Below are positions 18,175-27,178 of a DNA stretch of 55,310 nt, in pieces. Each line of letters starts with the position of its first letter. Within the stretch, counting starts at the first letter, position 1. The translations under genes and the position numbers were made by a program. The notes below the pieces were generated by a model, which saw only the letters and a program-made list of their open reading frames with translations, was not told the origin of the DNA and did no database searches. Source of the stretch: a virus (taxonomy: Duplodnaviria; Caudoviricetes); the IMG/VR virus record IMGVR_UViG_3300031839_002055, positions 1-55,310 of that record. One strand, given 5' to 3'.

Positions 18175-19178
18175 CACTTGGTCAGCTTGATGATGGCGCC
18201 CGGACGGGTGCACAGGCTGAGCGGGTTGGACTGCGCTTCCAGATCAACGCCCTTGTTGTGCGGCAGCAGTTCCTGGCTGGCGTAGTACGGCAGGCCGTTG
18301 GTGTTGACGGTCTCCATGTAGTCAGCCGGGGCGAAGTTGGTGACGAACAGGCCGTCGACGCCCAGCGGGATCAGATAGGCCTCGTCAGTGCCGACGAACT
18401 CGATGTTGCCGACCTTGCCGTAGAACTCCTGCCACATCACGCCGCCGAAGCTGAAGCCGCTCATGCGCTTGTCGTCGCGCAGGAATTGACCGTCGTTGAA
18501 GCGGTCGAACGCCTTTTCCACAACCGGGTGGTTGGTGAAGGCATCGAAAAAGCCGCGACCGCAGATGGCCATCCAGCCAGTGATCACGCCGCTGTCGCCG
18601 ATGTTGTCCTCGGACTTGCGCTTGGCGTCGGTGACCTTCTGCAGCACCTTGGTGGTGTCAGTGCCGAGAGCCATGGCCTGGGTCTTCTGCGTGATGCCGA
18701 AGCGGTCATGCAGGTCCAGCAGCACCTTGGTGCCGTCGGCGTCGTAGATCTTGCCGGTGATGGCGCCAGCGCGCTGGAAGCGGATAGTGGCGTCGATGCG
18801 GTTACGCATCTTCATCAGGTGCTTCTGCACCATGGCTTCGACGCTTTCCATCTCGGTTTCCGAGCCGAAAGCACGGATGTTCTGCACTTCGTCGGCCAGG
18901 ATCTTGCCGCGGGTCGGCAGGTGGAAAGTCTGGAACGGAATCTTGTCGCGCTTGCTGCCGACGGTTACGTCAGCCGGCGCGCCGCGATCCTTGGCCGGGA
19001 CCAGGGACAGGCTGTCGTTGTCGCGCTCGATGTACACGGCCGTGGTGCTGATGCCTTCTTCTTCGAAGAGGGAATCGATCAGGGTCGGCACTTTCTGGCC
19101 GTCCGGCGCGGTGTTGATGGCCTTGGTCAGGCTGATGGTCGAAAAGGCATCGCCTTCGAATACGTTTAAATCGGGCAT
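18174..19178 (-). CDS. Major capsid protein (lambda gpE family)
   Basis: LTKAIN, ADEVQNIRAFG, EAQSNPLSLCTRP. Confidence 0.9.
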   Translation of the reverse strand: MPDLNVFEGDAFSTISLTKAINTAPDGQKVPTLIDSLFEEEGISTTAVYIERDNDSLSLVPAKDRGAPADVTVGSKRDKIPFQTFHLPTRGKILADEVQNIRAFGSETEMESVEAMVQKHLMKMRNRIDATIRFQRAGAITGKIYDADGTKVLLDLHDRFGITQKTQAMALGTDTTKVLQKVTDAKRKSEDNIGDSGVITGWMAICGRGFFDAFTNHPVVEKAFDRFNDGQFLRDDKRMSGFSFGGVMWQEFYGKVGNIEFVGTDEAYLIPLGVDGLFVTNFAPADYMETVNTNGLPYYASQELLPHNKGVDLEAQSNPLSLCTRPGAIIKLTK

Positions 19179-19196
19179 GTTCGTTCTCCAGAAACG

Positions 19197-19221
19197 AAAA
19201 AACCGCCTCTCGGGCGGCTTC
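19197..19221 (-). terminator. Terminator-like hairpin between decoration and capsid genes
   Basis: GCCGCC-CGAGA-GGCGGT followed by TTTTT. Confidence 0.5.
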
Positions 19222-19238
19222 GGAAAGCAGGGGTTGGG

Positions 19239-19592
19239 TTAGCGGACGACGATGCCCTGGGCGAGCAGTTCGACTTCGGCGGCGGCGTCGGAGCCGACCA
19301 GCAGTTCGCCGACGACTTCGGCATCACGCACGACGACAGCGGCGGGCTGCACTTCGGTGGACACCGGCTTGTTGCCGTAGAGAATCGCGGCAGCAGTCTC
19401 GGTGCCGTCGGCGCCAGCAGCGTTGTACGGCGCGTAGTGGCCAGTCGCGGTGACCTTGCCCAGCACGGTGCCGGCCGACAGCGCAACAGCAGTCGCGGCC
19501 AGGGTGACTTCTTCACGGGAGCGCTCGCCATTGGCCTCGCTCAGCAGGAATTCGCCGACGCGGGCGCCCATGGTTACTTTTTCGTAGCTCAT
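19239..19592 (-). CDS. Head decoration protein (gpD family)
   Basis: EFLLSEANG, GTVLGK, GADGTETAAAIL. Confidence 0.85.
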   Translation of the reverse strand: MSYEKVTMGARVGEFLLSEANGERSREEVTLAATAVALSAGTVLGKVTATGHYAPYNAAGADGTETAAAILYGNKPVSTEVQPAAVVVRDAEVVGELLVGSDAAAEVELLAQGIVVR

Positions 19593-19595
19593 TTC

Positions 19596-20012
19596 TTACG
19601 CTCCTCGGCCTTGGCGTTGTGCCCAGATGGATTTTGCGGAGATGGTGGGTTTGTCGGTGCCGTCCTTGGGACTGGCAGCGGCTGCGGACTTGGCGTCGCT
19701 CTTGATCGCGCCCAGCGTTACGCCACGGTCCTGCGATGCCTTGTACAGGCTCAGCGCAGTGGCCTCGACGCTCAGGCCGGTGTCGATAGCAGTCTGTACT
19801 TCCTCTTCGAAGCCGACTGCAGCCAGGGCGTTGATGCCCTTGATGCGCTCACGCTCGGCGGTCACTGCGGCCTGAGACGCTTCAGCCTTGATGGCGTCGA
19901 CATCGATCGACTCGACGGTTGCGGCCACCGGCTCGGCGACCTCGATAGTCATCGGATCGGCGCCGCCCTCAATGGCGGCGCGCAATTCCGTGGTGGTTTT
20001 TACGATGGTCAT
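19596..20012 (-). CDS. Nu3-like scaffold from an in-frame internal start
   Basis: In-frame ATG (MTIVKTT) preceded by GAGGG, analogous to lambda C/Nu3. Confidence 0.5.
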   Translation of the reverse strand: MTIVKTTTELRAAIEGGADPMTIEVAEPVAATVESIDVDAIKAEASQAAVTAERERIKGINALAAVGFEEEVQTAIDTGLSVEATALSLYKASQDRGVTLGAIKSDAKSAAAASPKDGTDKPTISAKSIWAQRQGRGA

Positions 20013-20840
20013 AGGGACCCTCTTCGGTTGGTTTGCTGCCGGGCGGGCCAGGTCAGCGATCACGGACTCGAGCGAGCCCAGTCGGTGGGCCAGACCCGCC
20101 TCTACGGCGGCGGCGCCCATCTTGATGCCGCCATGGTCACCCATGGCCGGCACGTCTTCAGGATCAACGCCCAGGTTGCGCGCCACCTTCGCGGCGAACA
20201 CATCCCCCAGGGCATCGATTGTTTCGGCGATCTTCGCGCGCCCGCCCTCGGTGGACAGGTCAGGTCGCTTGTTCGGTGCGTTGCGACTGACGATCTGGTA
20301 GCGCTTGCCGCTTTCCTTGTCGTCGCCCAGCTTAATCTCGACCACGGCGCCGATGCTGCCGGCCATACCAGTGTCATCGATGATCACTTCACTGGCCGCG
20401 CTGGCGATCCAGTAGCCGCCGCTGGCAGCCATGCCGCCGACGTAGGCCTTGATCGGCTTTTTGCTACGGGCGGCGTAGATCAGGTCGGACAGCTCGTTGA
20501 TGCCGTTGGCCTCCCCGCCAGGCGAGTCGACGTTTAGCACGATGCCTCGGACCTGCGGGTTATCCAGCGCCGCCTGAATGTCGGTGGCCAGCACCTGCGT
20601 ACTGGTCGCGCCGCTGATGCGGGTGAACATGTTGGCGTAGCGGAAGATCGGGCCGGTGACGGGGATGATCGCGACGCCATCACGCACGACTGCAGACTGG
20701 CTATTGTCTAGCGGGCGGCCAAGGCGCGTTTCCAGCGCCTCGGGGTCGCCCATGCGGTCGGCGATAGCCATCAGCTGATCAAGCGCCGACTCAGTGATCA
20801 GCCAGGGGCGCTCGGCCGCCATCTCGAAAGCCTTGATCAT
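19596..20840 (-). CDS. Prohead protease (S49, gpC-like) with C-terminal scaffold
   Basis: DSPGG, AASGGYWIAS, GSIG motifs; C-terminal ERERIKGI. Confidence 0.9.
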   Translation of the reverse strand: MIKAFEMAAERPWLITESALDQLMAIADRMGDPEALETRLGRPLDNSQSAVVRDGVAIIPVTGPIFRYANMFTRISGATSTQVLATDIQAALDNPQVRGIVLNVDSPGGEANGINELSDLIYAARSKKPIKAYVGGMAASGGYWIASAASEVIIDDTGMAGSIGAVVEIKLGDDKESGKRYQIVSRNAPNKRPDLSTEGGRAKIAETIDALGDVFAAKVARNLGVDPEDVPAMGDHGGIKMGAAAVEAGLAHRLGSLESVIADLARPAANQPKRVPMTIVKTTTELRAAIEGGADPMTIEVAEPVAATVESIDVDAIKAEASQAAVTAERERIKGINALAAVGFEEEVQTAIDTGLSVEATALSLYKASQDRGVTLGAIKSDAKSAAAASPKDGTDKPTISAKSIWAQRQGRGA

Positions 20841-22420
20841 GGGGTTTCCTCTTCGGGTAGTGGCATCGGTGCGCCGCCGTTTGCCTGCGGCACCATGCCG
20901 TCAGCCTTGCGCTGATCCATCTCGCGCTTGCGCTGACGGTAGATCTGCTGCCAGTTCTCGCCGGTCATGGCCGCCGCTTCAATGGTTTCGTTGCTGACGC
21001 CGATGTCGATCCGCTCGCGGGCCGCCTTGGCTTCCTTCAGCTCGTCGATTGCGCCTTTGGCCGGCCCGATCCAGATGGCTCGGGTATAGGCCCGACGCCG
21101 TGCCGGGTCGCTGTAGCCAGGCGCCTTGATCCTGCCGCGGGCGACTGCCTCATCGACAAGCAGTTCGTAGGACGGCTGACAGAAGTCGCACACCAGCCAC
21201 CAGCGGCGCATGTTGAATGCGCGCCAGGCTTGGAGCATGGCGGCACGGGCTGCGCTGTATGAGCTGCTGTAGTAGAGCATCAGCTCTTCCATTGGCAGCT
21301 CCAGCGCGGCGCCGATCTCTTTAACGACGCTGGTGAAGAACGGATCAAACTGCGCATTCGGCCTGGCCGGATTGGCGATCATCGGCTCCTCGCCAGGATC
21401 CAGGTCCACGACGGCGCCCTCACCCAACTGGACAGGCGGCTGATCGATCGCTGTACTTTCGCCATCAGTCAGCGCCGACAGCCCAAGGTTGTTATTGTCG
21501 AACGCCTCGCCCTTCTTCAGAAACACGGTGAACATCGCGGAGATGATCGCCGCCATCAGTTCGGCGCTGGCGTAGCGCTCCAGCTTCTGCAGAGGCTCGA
21601 GGACGGGGGCCAGGTACGGCGCGCCGCGCTTCAGGCCGGGACGGTCCTTGTCGCACCAGATTTGCAGCACACGACGCCGTCCGGTCTGCGAGCCGAAGGC
21701 TTCGACTCGCGTCCACGCTAATTGCTGGCCAGGAATTGGATCGTTTGGGTAGCCATTGCAAATGTGAAAGGCTACAGGTGCACCGTATTCATCGATCTCG
21801 ACACCTTCGATCATCGTCGCAGTGTCGGGACTGTTGTTCGGGTTTGTTACCCGGTCAGTCTCGATCAGTTGCAGGCGCGTGCTGTAGACGGTGCCAGGCC
21901 GATCAATGTCCGGCGTGGTCGCAAAGCAGTCGCCGCCAGTCAGCGCAGACACCAGGGCCAGCGCCTGAAGCTGGTAGTGATTCAGCGTCGCCTCGGCGTC
22001 GCACTCCAGCGGGTTCTCTGCGTACAGCGTCCACTCGCGCTCGAGCGCGGCATTCAGCTGCTCGCCAGCCTCTTCGGCAATGCCCAGCGCCTCCCAATCG
22101 ACCTGCGGCCGGCAGATGAGCCCGGTGCCAACAACGCTGGTCCGGTTGCGCACCACGGCGGCACGAGCAATCAGGTGGTTGCGCATCGCGTCACGCGAAC
22201 GAGCCACCAGCGTCTTGCGCTCAGGCGCGGACAGATCACGTCGCGGACTGCCAAGCCCCGGCAGCCAGCTCGACATGCTGCGCAGTACGCGGGAGGCGCC
22301 GCGCCAGCGCGTTTCCACACCACCGCCGCCACCCTGCGCCATTGCCTTGCCCTGCTGGGTCGCCAGCTTGACCGCCTGCGCGAGCAGCTTCTCTTCGGGC
22401 GATTTCGTGAAAATGCCCAT
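20837..22420 (-). CDS. Portal protein (lambda gpB family)
   Basis: ARSRDAMRN, SYSAARAAML, IDELKEA. Confidence 0.9.
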   Translation of the reverse strand: MGIFTKSPEEKLLAQAVKLATQQGKAMAQGGGGGVETRWRGASRVLRSMSSWLPGLGSPRRDLSAPERKTLVARSRDAMRNHLIARAAVVRNRTSVVGTGLICRPQVDWEALGIAEEAGEQLNAALEREWTLYAENPLECDAEATLNHYQLQALALVSALTGGDCFATTPDIDRPGTVYSTRLQLIETDRVTNPNNSPDTATMIEGVEIDEYGAPVAFHICNGYPNDPIPGQQLAWTRVEAFGSQTGRRRVLQIWCDKDRPGLKRGAPYLAPVLEPLQKLERYASAELMAAIISAMFTVFLKKGEAFDNNNLGLSALTDGESTAIDQPPVQLGEGAVVDLDPGEEPMIANPARPNAQFDPFFTSVVKEIGAALELPMEELMLYYSSSYSAARAAMLQAWRAFNMRRWWLVCDFCQPSYELLVDEAVARGRIKAPGYSDPARRRAYTRAIWIGPAKGAIDELKEAKAARERIDIGVSNETIEAAAMTGENWQQIYRQRKREMDQRKADGMVPQANGGAPMPLPEEETP

Positions 22421-22422
22421 GG

Positions 22423-22623
22423 TCAGATGCTCATGTAGGAGATTCGGTTGCGTCCGCGCTTGACGGCGTTGATTTGCTGCTGCAGCTGGGCTTCCTGCTT
22501 CTGCAGGGCTGACAGTTCGGCGTACTGCACCGAGCGGTCACCCTTTCGAACCATTTGGCCGTTGTTCAGGATGCGACTGATCGCGGCCCGCACTTCTGCG
22601 AGCCGCTTTTCGGCTTCGGTCAT
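22423..22623 (-). CDS. gpW-like head completion protein
   Basis: 66 aa between terminase and portal; GDRSVQYAEL. Confidence 0.7.
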   Translation of the reverse strand: MTEAEKRLAEVRAAISRILNNGQMVRKGDRSVQYAELSALQKQEAQLQQQINAVKRGRNRISYMSI

Positions 22624-22631
22624 GTTGGGCC

Positions 22632-24533
22632 TCAGTTGACTGTGCTGCGAACCCCGCGCGTCGGTCTGGCCCGCTGGGTTGGCTGATGGGTTATGGATAG
22701 ATCGACGCCGAAGCGCTGTTGAGCCACGCGAAGCATGGCCAAGGCGCCGACGCAGCAGTCTAGCGCTTCGTTGCGCCGGCCTTTCGCGTCCCACATGTGC
22801 ATGCGCTTGCCCTTGACGACTTTCATCACCTTGCGCTCGGCGGTGAGCTGCTTCAGCTCGTCCTCGTCGCAGATTTCGTCGTTGGCCGGCAGGTGGATGC
22901 AGCCAGGAACCGCGGCGCCGGGCTGCGGCTGTATGCGCAGGCGGCTGTAGATCGTTTCCTTGGCGTTGTCGGTGCCGATCATGGTCAGGTAGGTGCCTGA
23001 CTTGTGTTTCGTCTTCGGGAAGTCCGCAATCGGCTTGCCGTAGATGCTGTGGCCCTTGGTCGGGATGACCCACATGATTCCGTGCTTGCGGCTTTCGGCA
23101 TACACCTCATCGGTGTAGTGGCCGCCAGAGTCCCAGCCCCACAGCGCGACACGAAGGACGTTGCCGTCGGCGCGCCGGTAGGTGTCATGCAGCCGGAGAC
23201 CAACCTTGCGGCGTAGCTCTTCGCTGGCTGGGTCGCCGTTGAGTATCCAACGGTCAACCAGCCAGGACTCCTCGCCAGGCCCGTAGGCCCACACGCGACC
23301 TTCGTAGCGGTCGTCTTGGGTATCGATGAAACCTACGAGGATCACGGCGCGCTCGGGCAGCACCTCCCACACCTCGCGGCGGGCATACAGGTGTTCCCAT
23401 TCGACCTTCTCGCCTTCGTCCTCTTCCCAGGTTTCGCCCAGGGTGGTATTGACGAAGGTTTTCAGCTTGCTGACGTCGTCCTTCGCCTTGAGAAAGTCCA
23501 GAACGATGCGCCCCCATGTCGTAAACGGGCTGTATGCCGTCCAGATGTGGAAGGTGACCGAGTCAGGCGTCGGGATGACCTCACCGTCGGCGCTGAAATA
23601 GTCCAGCCCGTCGCGCGTCCAGATTCCGGTTTTCTCGCAGACCCAGCGCCCCTTCGCGTGCTGATCCTGCATCTCGTGCTGCTGGACCATGCAGGCGTTG
23701 TGTTCGCAGACGTACCAGGCGTTGCCAGAGCTCTCTGCGTCCCACTTGATGCCAAACGAGCAGTCTTTGCCGCCCCACTTCAGGTATTGCTCAACCTGGC
23801 AGTGCGGGCATGGCACATGAAGCCGGAACAGGTGGGGCGATTCGCTCGCCGCCGCCTCGATCTGGCAGGTGCCTTTGATCTTCGGGGTGCTGCCTCGGAT
23901 CGACTTCGGGAAGGTCGAGCCCTCAATCCGCTTGTCACCGAGGAATGTCGGGCTACCTTCCTTCTCGACGTCAGGCTCGAACGCTGCCAGCTCGTCATAG
24001 ATGATGGTGTCGACCGACTTTTCGCGGTAGTTCTTCGCCGCGGCGCCGCCGAGGCACCAGAGCTGCTTGCTGTGACTAAAGCGCTTGGTGTCGAGCGTGT
24101 TGTCACGGTGCTTCTTGCCGTACCAGGGCGCCAGAGCGTAGATGCTCGGCACGTCGCGGATCATCGTCTCGACGTGAGCCTTCATGAACCCAGCCGCGGC
24201 GCCATCGGTTGGCAGCAAGAGCAGGATGTTCCTGCGCTTGTGCTCGATCTGGTAGGCCGAAGCGGCCAGTAGCATCTTCGAGTAGCCGACGCGGGCCGAC
24301 TTGATCACGTTGACGGTGCGGATCTCGTCGTTGCCCATCGCGTTCAGGATGGCGACCTGAAACGGCAGCGTCTCCCACTTGCCTTCCTGATAGCTTGACT
24401 CGCTCGACAGATAGAAGCCTTCGTCTCCGTCCGCCCACTCAACCGCCGTCATCGGCACCGGGCGCGACAGCGGAACCAAGCCGAGGCGAATGGCCCCAGC
24501 CAGCTCATTGATCTGCGGTGTCGAGATATTCAT
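22632..24533 (-). CDS. Terminase large subunit (gpA family)
   Basis: KSARVGYSK Walker A, IIYDE, GSTPK, RNEALDC. Confidence 0.95.
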   Translation of the reverse strand: MNISTPQINELAGAIRLGLVPLSRPVPMTAVEWADGDEGFYLSSESSYQEGKWETLPFQVAILNAMGNDEIRTVNVIKSARVGYSKMLLAASAYQIEHKRRNILLLLPTDGAAAGFMKAHVETMIRDVPSIYALAPWYGKKHRDNTLDTKRFSHSKQLWCLGGAAAKNYREKSVDTIIYDELAAFEPDVEKEGSPTFLGDKRIEGSTFPKSIRGSTPKIKGTCQIEAAASESPHLFRLHVPCPHCQVEQYLKWGGKDCSFGIKWDAESSGNAWYVCEHNACMVQQHEMQDQHAKGRWVCEKTGIWTRDGLDYFSADGEVIPTPDSVTFHIWTAYSPFTTWGRIVLDFLKAKDDVSKLKTFVNTTLGETWEEDEGEKVEWEHLYARREVWEVLPERAVILVGFIDTQDDRYEGRVWAYGPGEESWLVDRWILNGDPASEELRRKVGLRLHDTYRRADGNVLRVALWGWDSGGHYTDEVYAESRKHGIMWVIPTKGHSIYGKPIADFPKTKHKSGTYLTMIGTDNAKETIYSRLRIQPQPGAAVPGCIHLPANDEICDEDELKQLTAERKVMKVVKGKRMHMWDAKGRRNEALDCCVGALAMLRVAQQRFGVDLSITHQPTQRARPTRGVRSTVN

Positions 24534-25035
24534 TCAGCAATCCAGGCAGGCGGTCATCAAGGGTCGCCGCCCGGTTGCGTGCCTTGGCCAGCTCACGCTG
24601 GACCGATTCGATGTGCCGGACCTCTAGGTCTGGATGGCGGCGTTTTAGTGTCAGCGGCAGCGTGTCGAGCAGTGACCCGATTTCAGCGGCAAGGCGCGAC
24701 AGTACAAACGTGGCAAATTCGGTAGGCACCGACTTGCGCTTGGTAATGTCGTTCTTCAGCTCTTGGCCTTCAGCCTGGGCCGCAGTCAGTCGCAGGCGTT
24801 CTTGCTCTAGGCGCTTTGCGGTTTCCTTGTCGTCGCCGTCCTCATCGGCCGGCGGTTCCGGTCTGACTTGGCCATTCCCGATCCCGCGCAAATACCTGAT
24901 GTACGCCAAGCGACAGGCGTCAATATCCAATCCGCCAGCGCCCTTAGAGCTAGGCAGCACGCCGTCTGTCAAAAGATTGCGCACCTGCCGGTCACTGATA
25001 TCGAGGTGCTGTGCGACTTCGATCTGAGTTGCCAT
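24505..25035 (-). CDS. Terminase small subunit (Nu1 family)
   Basis: N-terminal HTH and ERLRLTAAQAEGQELKN. Confidence 0.9.
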   Translation of the reverse strand: MATQIEVAQHLDISDRQVRNLLTDGVLPSSKGAGGLDIDACRLAYIRYLRGIGNGQVRPEPPADEDGDDKETAKRLEQERLRLTAAQAEGQELKNDITKRKSVPTEFATFVLSRLAAEIGSLLDTLPLTLKRRHPDLEVRHIESVQRELAKARNRAATLDDRLPGLLNEYLDTADQ

Positions 25036-25086
25036 GCGTGTTCGTCCCGGAACCGGAAGCGGTCCAGCTGGAAAAAGTTCGTATGA

Positions 25087-25142
25087 AGCGAAAAGGCGGG
25101 GCGCGAATTACCCGCAACCCCATGGGGTACCCAGGAGGACCC
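25087..25142 (-). other. cos packaging site (cosQ GGGTCCT at 25136..25142; predicted 12-nt cohesive end GGTAATTCGCGC at 25101..25112)
   Basis: GGGTCCT-N17-GTTGCG-N12-N6-TTTTCGCT has the same spacing as lambda cos as recalled; directly upstream of the small terminase. Confidence 0.7.
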
Positions 25143-25194
25143 AATGGGGCCCCTGCGTGCGCTGGCAAGCCCATTTTTGCACCACAACGGTGCA

Positions 25195-25929
25195 TTATTT
25201 GGCCGTCGCTATTGCCTTTTCGAATGCCTTCTCGAACTCCTTATCGAAGTTCGCCTTGATGATGTTGTCTGCGATCTTGAAGAACGGGACTCGCACCCTG
25301 TACCTGGGAGCTGCATCGGTGAAGATGAACACAGGCCTAACGCCTATCTCCCTCCCGATCTTCTTTCGCTCCCACACACCAGCCTCACCGTCCACCTCTC
25401 CAACGAAGTAACGGTCAGCGTTGCCTTTCCTTCGACTGCGCTTACTGTTGCTCGCGTTGTGCTGTGATCCAGAAGTCGACTCGGCAGCCCCTAGGCCTGA
25501 CAGGATCTTCATGGCCAGCTGGCCTTTGATGTTCCCGTACTGGTCGAAGAACGCCTTGTTTGGCAGGGCATACTGGTCGGGGCGCATCAGCCCTCTACGT
25601 ATCAGCGCCTTCTCGAAGCGCTTGCGTGAGCGTGTTCCGCCGTACACCTGAGCCTGCAGATACTTGTCAGCAGGGATTCCAGACGCCCACGCATCCTTTA
25701 GCCAAACCTTGGCTTGCAATCTGGTCTTCAGTGCGGGCTTTACGAATACGCTGTTGAGCGTGGTCTTGGTCGGTCGGTCGAAGCGCTTGGTCATCACCGA
25801 GACTTCGCCCTTCTGTACCAGCTTGGCCACATTGGTCAGGGTCAGCGCAGTGGCGAACGGGATCTGCTTTGCGAACTTATCGAGCTGCTCTTGGGCGAGC
25901 TTTGCGTCGGGCGCCTTGATAGTGATCAT
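25195..25929 (-). CDS. Basic tail-completion/neck-type protein
   Basis: QIPFATALTL, FDRPT, GGTRSRKRFE motifs. Confidence 0.55.
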   Translation of the reverse strand: MITIKAPDAKLAQEQLDKFAKQIPFATALTLTNVAKLVQKGEVSVMTKRFDRPTKTTLNSVFVKPALKTRLQAKVWLKDAWASGIPADKYLQAQVYGGTRSRKRFEKALIRRGLMRPDQYALPNKAFFDQYGNIKGQLAMKILSGLGAAESTSGSQHNASNSKRSRRKGNADRYFVGEVDGEAGVWERKKIGREIGVRPVFIFTDAAPRYRVRVPFFKIADNIIKANFDKEFEKAFEKAIATAK

Positions 25930-26037
25930 TCCGGCTCTCTTTCCACGCTGCTCTCGCTGCCATCCACACCTCTTTCCCGATCATCACAGCGACACAGGCG
26001 GCGATGTATAGGAACAGGAGGATGGCGTGGAGGCGTT

Positions 26038-26253
26038 TCACTTCGGCTCTCCAGTCACCTTCGGCTGCGACACCACGCGAGCGACAGCCATTGCCACGCC
26101 GAGAATCATGTTCACGCTGGCCCATGCGACGGGACTTATGTGGCCCTCGAACGCTACCCATGCACCGGCTGCTGCGTTGAGCACTGCGGTGAGGATGGCG
26201 AGCTGCACACTGGTCAGGCGCCAGCACTTGCGCCATTCGGGGATCAGGTTCAT
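26038..26253 (-). CDS. Holin
   Basis: 71 aa with two TM segments; WRKCWRLTSVQ ... ARVVSQ. Confidence 0.75.
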   Translation of the reverse strand: MNLIPEWRKCWRLTSVQLAILTAVLNAAAGAWVAFEGHISPVAWASVNMILGVAMAVARVVSQPKVTGEPK

Positions 26254-26564
26254 GAGCCAAAGCCCTTAGCGATATACGGCCACATCTTGTCGAAGGCGGC
26301 TAGGACCACCGCGGCAGCGCCCAACCCGTAGGAGAGCTTGCTGCCCAGCTTGTCCACCTTCTCCGCTACCTCGTCCTGGCTCTCTCCGATTGCGGTGAGC
26401 TGGCGGGTCATGTGCTCGAACTGCTGCTCGAGCTTGGTCAGGCGGTTAGGTGACTGGGCGTGGTCGCGGTCGAATCTGTCCAGGCGATGCCGAGTGACGG
26501 CCGCCTCTTGCTCCAGGGCGCCGACTCGCTCATGCACTGTCCTGCCCTCATGGCTGTCGGTCAT
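26250..26564 (-). CDS. Coiled-coil plus single-TM protein (holin/antiholin-like)
   Basis: Coiled coil followed by a C-terminal hydrophobic helix; first late CDS. Confidence 0.55.
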   Translation of the reverse strand: MTDSHEGRTVHERVGALEQEAAVTRHRLDRFDRDHAQSPNRLTKLEQQFEHMTRQLTAIGESQDEVAEKVDKLGSKLSYGLGAAAVVLAAFDKMWPYIAKGFGS

Positions 26565-26819
26565 AGTGGAGTCTCGTTGGTGTTTGGTCCGGCCTCACAT
26601 GCGCGTGCGATCCGCCTATGAGCAAGGAGGCAGGCATGGGGCCGGAATAGGGTTGCCGTGAGGCGAATAAAAATCCGCGCGATTTGTGCATGCAGGCAGA
26701 GGCATGGCGGATGTATTGCTGGGTTGGGCGCATGGTGGCGAGCCATTCAAACGGCCTTTAGCGCCCGAAACTGGTAGTTCATTGCCGACTGAAGCGCGGA
26801 TTGGCTTTCTAATCGGCAT

Positions 26820-26846
26820 AAAAAAACCGACTCAGTGGTCGGTTTC
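26820..26846 (-). terminator. tR'-like terminator after the tRNA cluster
   Basis: AAACCGAC-CACTGA-GTCGGTTT followed by a T-run. Confidence 0.8.
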
Positions 26847-26852
26847 TTGAAT

Positions 26853-26927
26853 TGGCGTCGAGGCTAGGATTCGAACCCAGATCACACGGCTTTGGAGGCC
26901 GGCATGTTGCCGTTACACCACCTGGAC
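26853..26927 (-). tRNA. tRNA-Trp (CCA)
   Basis: Cloverleaf; anticodon loop CTCCAAA, TTCGAAT T-loop, encoded CCA; one acceptor and one anticodon-stem mismatch. Confidence 0.85.
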
Positions 26928-26930
26928 GCT

Positions 26931-27006
26931 TGGTGCCGCCAAAAGGAATCGAACCCTTGGCATCCTGCTTACAAGGCAGGCGCTCTACCTACTGAGCTAT
27001 AGCGGC
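26931..27006 (-). tRNA. tRNA-Thr (TGT)
   Basis: Anticodon arm CCTGC-CTTGTAA-GCAGG; encoded CCA. Confidence 0.92.
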
Positions 27007-27011
27007 TTGAC

Positions 27012-27086
27012 TGGCTGGCGAGGCTGGATTCGAACCAACGACCACCCGGTTAACAGCCGGGAGCACTACCGCTGTGCTACTCGCCA
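27012..27086 (-). tRNA. tRNA-Asn (GTT)
   Basis: Acceptor TGGCGAG/CTCGCCA; anticodon arm CCCGG-CTGTTAA-CCGGG; encoded CCA. Confidence 0.92.
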
Positions 27087-27132
27087 AACGATGCTGCAAC
27101 CCCCTCAGGCGAAGGAATCACAGCATGGAGAA

Positions 27133-27161
27133 ATGATGCTCTCAGCCGAACGGGAATGCAA
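27133..27161 (-). promoter_or_regulatory. Putative late promoter pR'
   Basis: TTGCAT-17 bp-CATCAT just after the Q-like gene and before the tRNAs. Confidence 0.5.
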
Positions 27162-27178
27162 GCGTTTTTCTCACGTAT

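Noticed and set aside
18258..20537. Long plus-strand ORFs (303 and 366 aa)
   Set aside because: Antisense shadows of capsid and protease genes, typical of GC-rich codon bias.
22624..23073. 216-aa version of the gpW-like ORF
   Set aside because: The upstream part overlaps the terminase in another frame; the real start is likely 22623.
25877..26041. Possible extra TM peptide VKRLHAILLFLYIAACV after the holin
   Set aside because: Plausible GTGA-coupled start, but it overlaps the next gene by about 50 nt and has no recognisable family; left uncalled.
26565..26850. tRNA-associated or other self-cleaving ribozyme
   Set aside because: No hammerhead, twister or HDV core consensus recognised by eye; reported only as a structured leader.
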